Source: Kiritimatiellia bacterium (GTDB lineage: Bacteria > Verrucomicrobiota > Kiritimatiellia > RFP12 > UBA1067). Taken from it: a stretch of 34,331 nucleotides of DNA. The stretch's first letter is position 1. Every line of letters starts with the position of its first letter. The translations under genes and the position numbers were made by a program. The notes beneath the pieces were generated by a model that worked only from the letters and a program-made list of their open reading frames with translations, ran no database searches and was not told the origin of the DNA. Positions 34,308 through 34,331 of the stretch are shown one piece after another. The DNA lies in NCBI GenBank assembly GCA_017629735.1, contig JAGBWQ010000030.1, positions 1 through 34,331 of the forward strand, read 5' to 3'.

Positions 34308-34331
34308 TGGATATTGCGCAGTATATGAAGG

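Overview
Bacterial chromosomal window, densely coding and mostly on the minus strand. Gene content and style suggest a PVC-superphylum anaerobe, most likely Kiritimatiellia-like (inference). Positions 1-29.4 kb hold moderately GC-rich housekeeping genes. These include translation and RNA-modification genes (rsmD, tgt, RluA-family synthase, a TsaC-Maf fusion, dtd, queH, ArfB-like factor, tyrS, a SAM methyltransferase) and envelope/secretion genes (yajC, LysM protein, GspE/PilB ATPase, AI-2E transporter, LptF/G, BatB-like VWA protein, FtsB, family-5 solute-binding protein, PlsC-type acyltransferase). The same stretch has pncC, hydG and two large exported CAZymes: a GH2 beta-galactosidase and an FAD-oxidoreductase-GH5 fusion. 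From about 29.4 kb the DNA becomes visibly AT-rich and carries a surface-polysaccharide cluster on the plus strand (FdtA-type isomerase, stand-alone Asn-synthetase-like domain, frameshifted cytidylyltransferase, CDP-glycerol phosphotransferase, FdtC/WxcM-type acetyltransferase). The most notable observations are: (i) an extended -10 motif TGnTAnAAT sitting 7-9 nt before at least seven start codons that lack a Shine-Dalgarno sequence, pointing to systematic leaderless transcription, including a 37-bp back-to-back pair; (ii) three unusual fusions (FAD oxidoreductase-GH5, TsaC-Maf, histone-like tail-CBM48); (iii) a long nested hairpin at 1-138; (iv) an unannotated 58-aa lipoprotein; (v) a LysM protein whose L,D-transpeptidase-like domain lacks catalytic residues. 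No rRNA, tRNA, CRISPR array or transposase was seen. All protein family calls come from motif recognition by eye, not from database searches.
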